A DNA stretch of 34,768 nt from Basidiobolus meristosporus CBS 931.73. Taxonomy: Eukaryota; Fungi; Basidiobolomycota. Under the pieces are notes generated by a model, which was not told the DNA's origin, did no database searches, and saw only the letters and a program-made list of their open reading frames with translations. Location: NCBI GenBank assembly GCA_002104905.1, contig MCFE01000799.1:1-34768 (forward strand). Reading direction: 5' to 3'. Of this stretch, positions 32,766 through 34,768 are shown in pieces; within the stretch, counting starts at the first letter, position 1, and each line of letters starts with the position of its first letter. The translations under genes were made by a program, and so were the position numbers.

Positions 32766-34768
32766 ATGGGTAAAGGAACAGGTATTTATATCTCCCTTAC
32801 GATCAACCAGTTTATGTTGGAGAGATTAAGCCGTGCGATCCATAGATAAAATGTACATCACTCATAGCGAGTGGTCCAATGACTTTAGCGAAGGGGGTAT
32901 GTCTTTTGGTGGAGCCAAAACTAAAAAAAACACACAGATATTTAAACGCCTCCCTTTCTATTGCTGCTCCTTAACGCTCCAGCCATTTGAACATCCTGTG
33001 TGTACCCCCGAAGGGACAGTTTTTGATTTAGAGTATGCACTTTATTTGCGGGTTTCTGGGAGTATACCTTGACCAACCGGCTTACCCTCTTTTCCAACCT
33101 AGGAGTATCATCCCGTACATTAAGAAATACGGAACCAATCCCGTAACCGGGGAGAAATTGGAAACAAGTAGTTTGATCAAACTCAACTTTCACAAAAATC
33201 CCGAAGGTAAGGCCTTCGTTATGGCCGCGAAACCAGGACTGCCCAGAGAATAACCGGAGCTCTTCGTCCATTGTACCAGGTGAATATTGCTGCCCAGTCA
33301 CCTTCCGAGTTTTTAGCGATCATACACACATCGTCGCTGTCAAGCCTACCGGGAATGTGTATGCTTACGATACAGTGGAGAGGCTCAACATCAAGCCCAA
33401 ATATTGGCAGGATCTATTGACGGACGAGCAGTTCACCCGCAAAGACATCATCACTCTCCAGGTACGACGCGCTAGACTGCCCGGCTATTCTACGATCGAG
33501 TATTTACGCGTTTGTTTAGGATCCTCACAATGTCGAAGGAAGAAACCTCACGACATTCCATCACCTAAAGAATGACCTAAAGGTGTTATCGGAGGGTACG
33601 GTTGGCTCACAAAGGGATGCCTGTTTGGTCAAAAGATGCTAAACCATGTTCAACGTATCTAGAGGAGCTGGCAAAAAGAGATCCAATGAATAATATCACG
33701 AAGGTCGGAACCACTGGCCGAGTTCTCGCTGAGCTGAAGGCAAAAGAGGCCGAAAAGGTACCTAGTCCCCAAGCTTTGTTAGCAGTATTTGACTGACACC
33801 GACGCCCAGGCTTCGAAAACCCCGGTCTCCCCAGAAAGCAAATCCAAAAACACCCATACAATGCGGCACACTTTTCTACTGGGCGAGCTGCCGCTGCGTT
33901 TACCTCCACCGCTTTCACCCAGTGACCGTCAACGAGAAGGCGCTGATAGATGAAGACGAGTTCATGTACCAGGAAGTGAAGAAGAAGGGATACGCCCGGA
34001 TTCAGACCAACTTTGGCGATATCAACGTTGAGCTTCATTGCGATCATGTAAGCGACTTCAAGCCAATGGCTCACATCCATCCACACTCCCCCAACGCTTA
34101 CATTCGCTTGTTTAGACACCCCATGACCCTGTCACAACTTCATCCTGCTTGCGAAGTCGGGATATTACAAAAACATCAAATTCCATCGTCTGATCAAACA
34201 TTTCATGGTAACGATTCACAAGCGGTTACGCGCGATCATACAGCCTACTCACGTATTTTTAGATCCAAGGTGGAGATCCTACTGGCACCGGTCGCGGCGG
34301 GGAGTCGGCTTGGAAGAAGGATTTTCGCGACGAGTTCAAGGGAAACCTTACGCATACCGGACGTGGGATTCTTAGCATGGCCAATCGTGGGAAGAACACC
34401 AACTCGTCACAGTTGTACGTAACGATCAGCATCATCCCGCCTCATTACTGACGTACTCACCGCTCCCCACTCTGTAGCTTCATTACTTTCCGATCATGTA
34501 ACCATCTGGACAACAAGCACACCGTTTTCGGGCGTGTTGTCGGCGGGATGAACGTGCTGGACAAGATAGAAATGATCGAGACTGACGACAAAGAGAAGCC
34601 GGCCAAGGATGTGATCATCAAGGACGTGATCGTCTTCGTCGATCCTTACGATGAGTACAAGAAGAGCCTGGAGAAATCCCTGAAGGAAAAAGAAGAAGAG
34701 CCAGCCAGAAAGATAGCCGAGATGGAGAAGGAGAAGGTATTTCCAAGGTTCTGCAGACACCCAGCGAT
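32766..34768 (+). CDS. PPIL2: U-box/cyclophilin peptidyl-prolyl isomerase-like 2 (Cyp60/Cyp8), multi-exon, 3'-partial, with apparent frameshifts
   Basis: [15 protein letters not shown]; [20 protein letters not shown]; YGTNPVTG; NAAHFSTG; [13 protein letters not shown]...FHRLI...[14 protein letters not shown]; [14 protein letters not shown]; [10 protein letters not shown]. Confidence 0.93.

Noticed and set aside
33607-34119. 170-aa minus-strand ORF
   Set aside because: Antisense shadow of PPIL2 exons and introns.

Overview
Eukaryotic nuclear DNA, most likely an early-diverging fungus (inference from ~45-70 bp GT-AG introns and fungal-type proteins). The window has two sharply separated parts. 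Bases 1 to ~25,200 are a CpG-depleted pile of dead, nested transposons: about seven fragments of one EnSpm/CACTA-like family (four end in the same ...TATTTTTCATAGGG-type terminus), a 5'-truncated Ty3/Gypsy element, two truncated Ty1/Copia copies with extra LTRs, several solo LTRs (one with a perfect 5-bp TSD), two inverted Tc1/mariner-like MITEs, and an ~830 bp G/C-run-rich insert carrying an organellar-type tRNA-His-like gene (candidate NUMT). Bases ~25,200 to the end are CpG-rich and gene-dense: purine nucleoside phosphorylase, an alpha-arrestin, a pseudogenised Ppn2/ApaH-like metallophosphoesterase, an RluA-family pseudouridine synthase, a small acidic secreted protein, and a U-box cyclophilin (PPIL2/Cyp8) that has apparent homopolymer frameshifts and runs off the window. 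All alignments were done by eye; no database searches were run.
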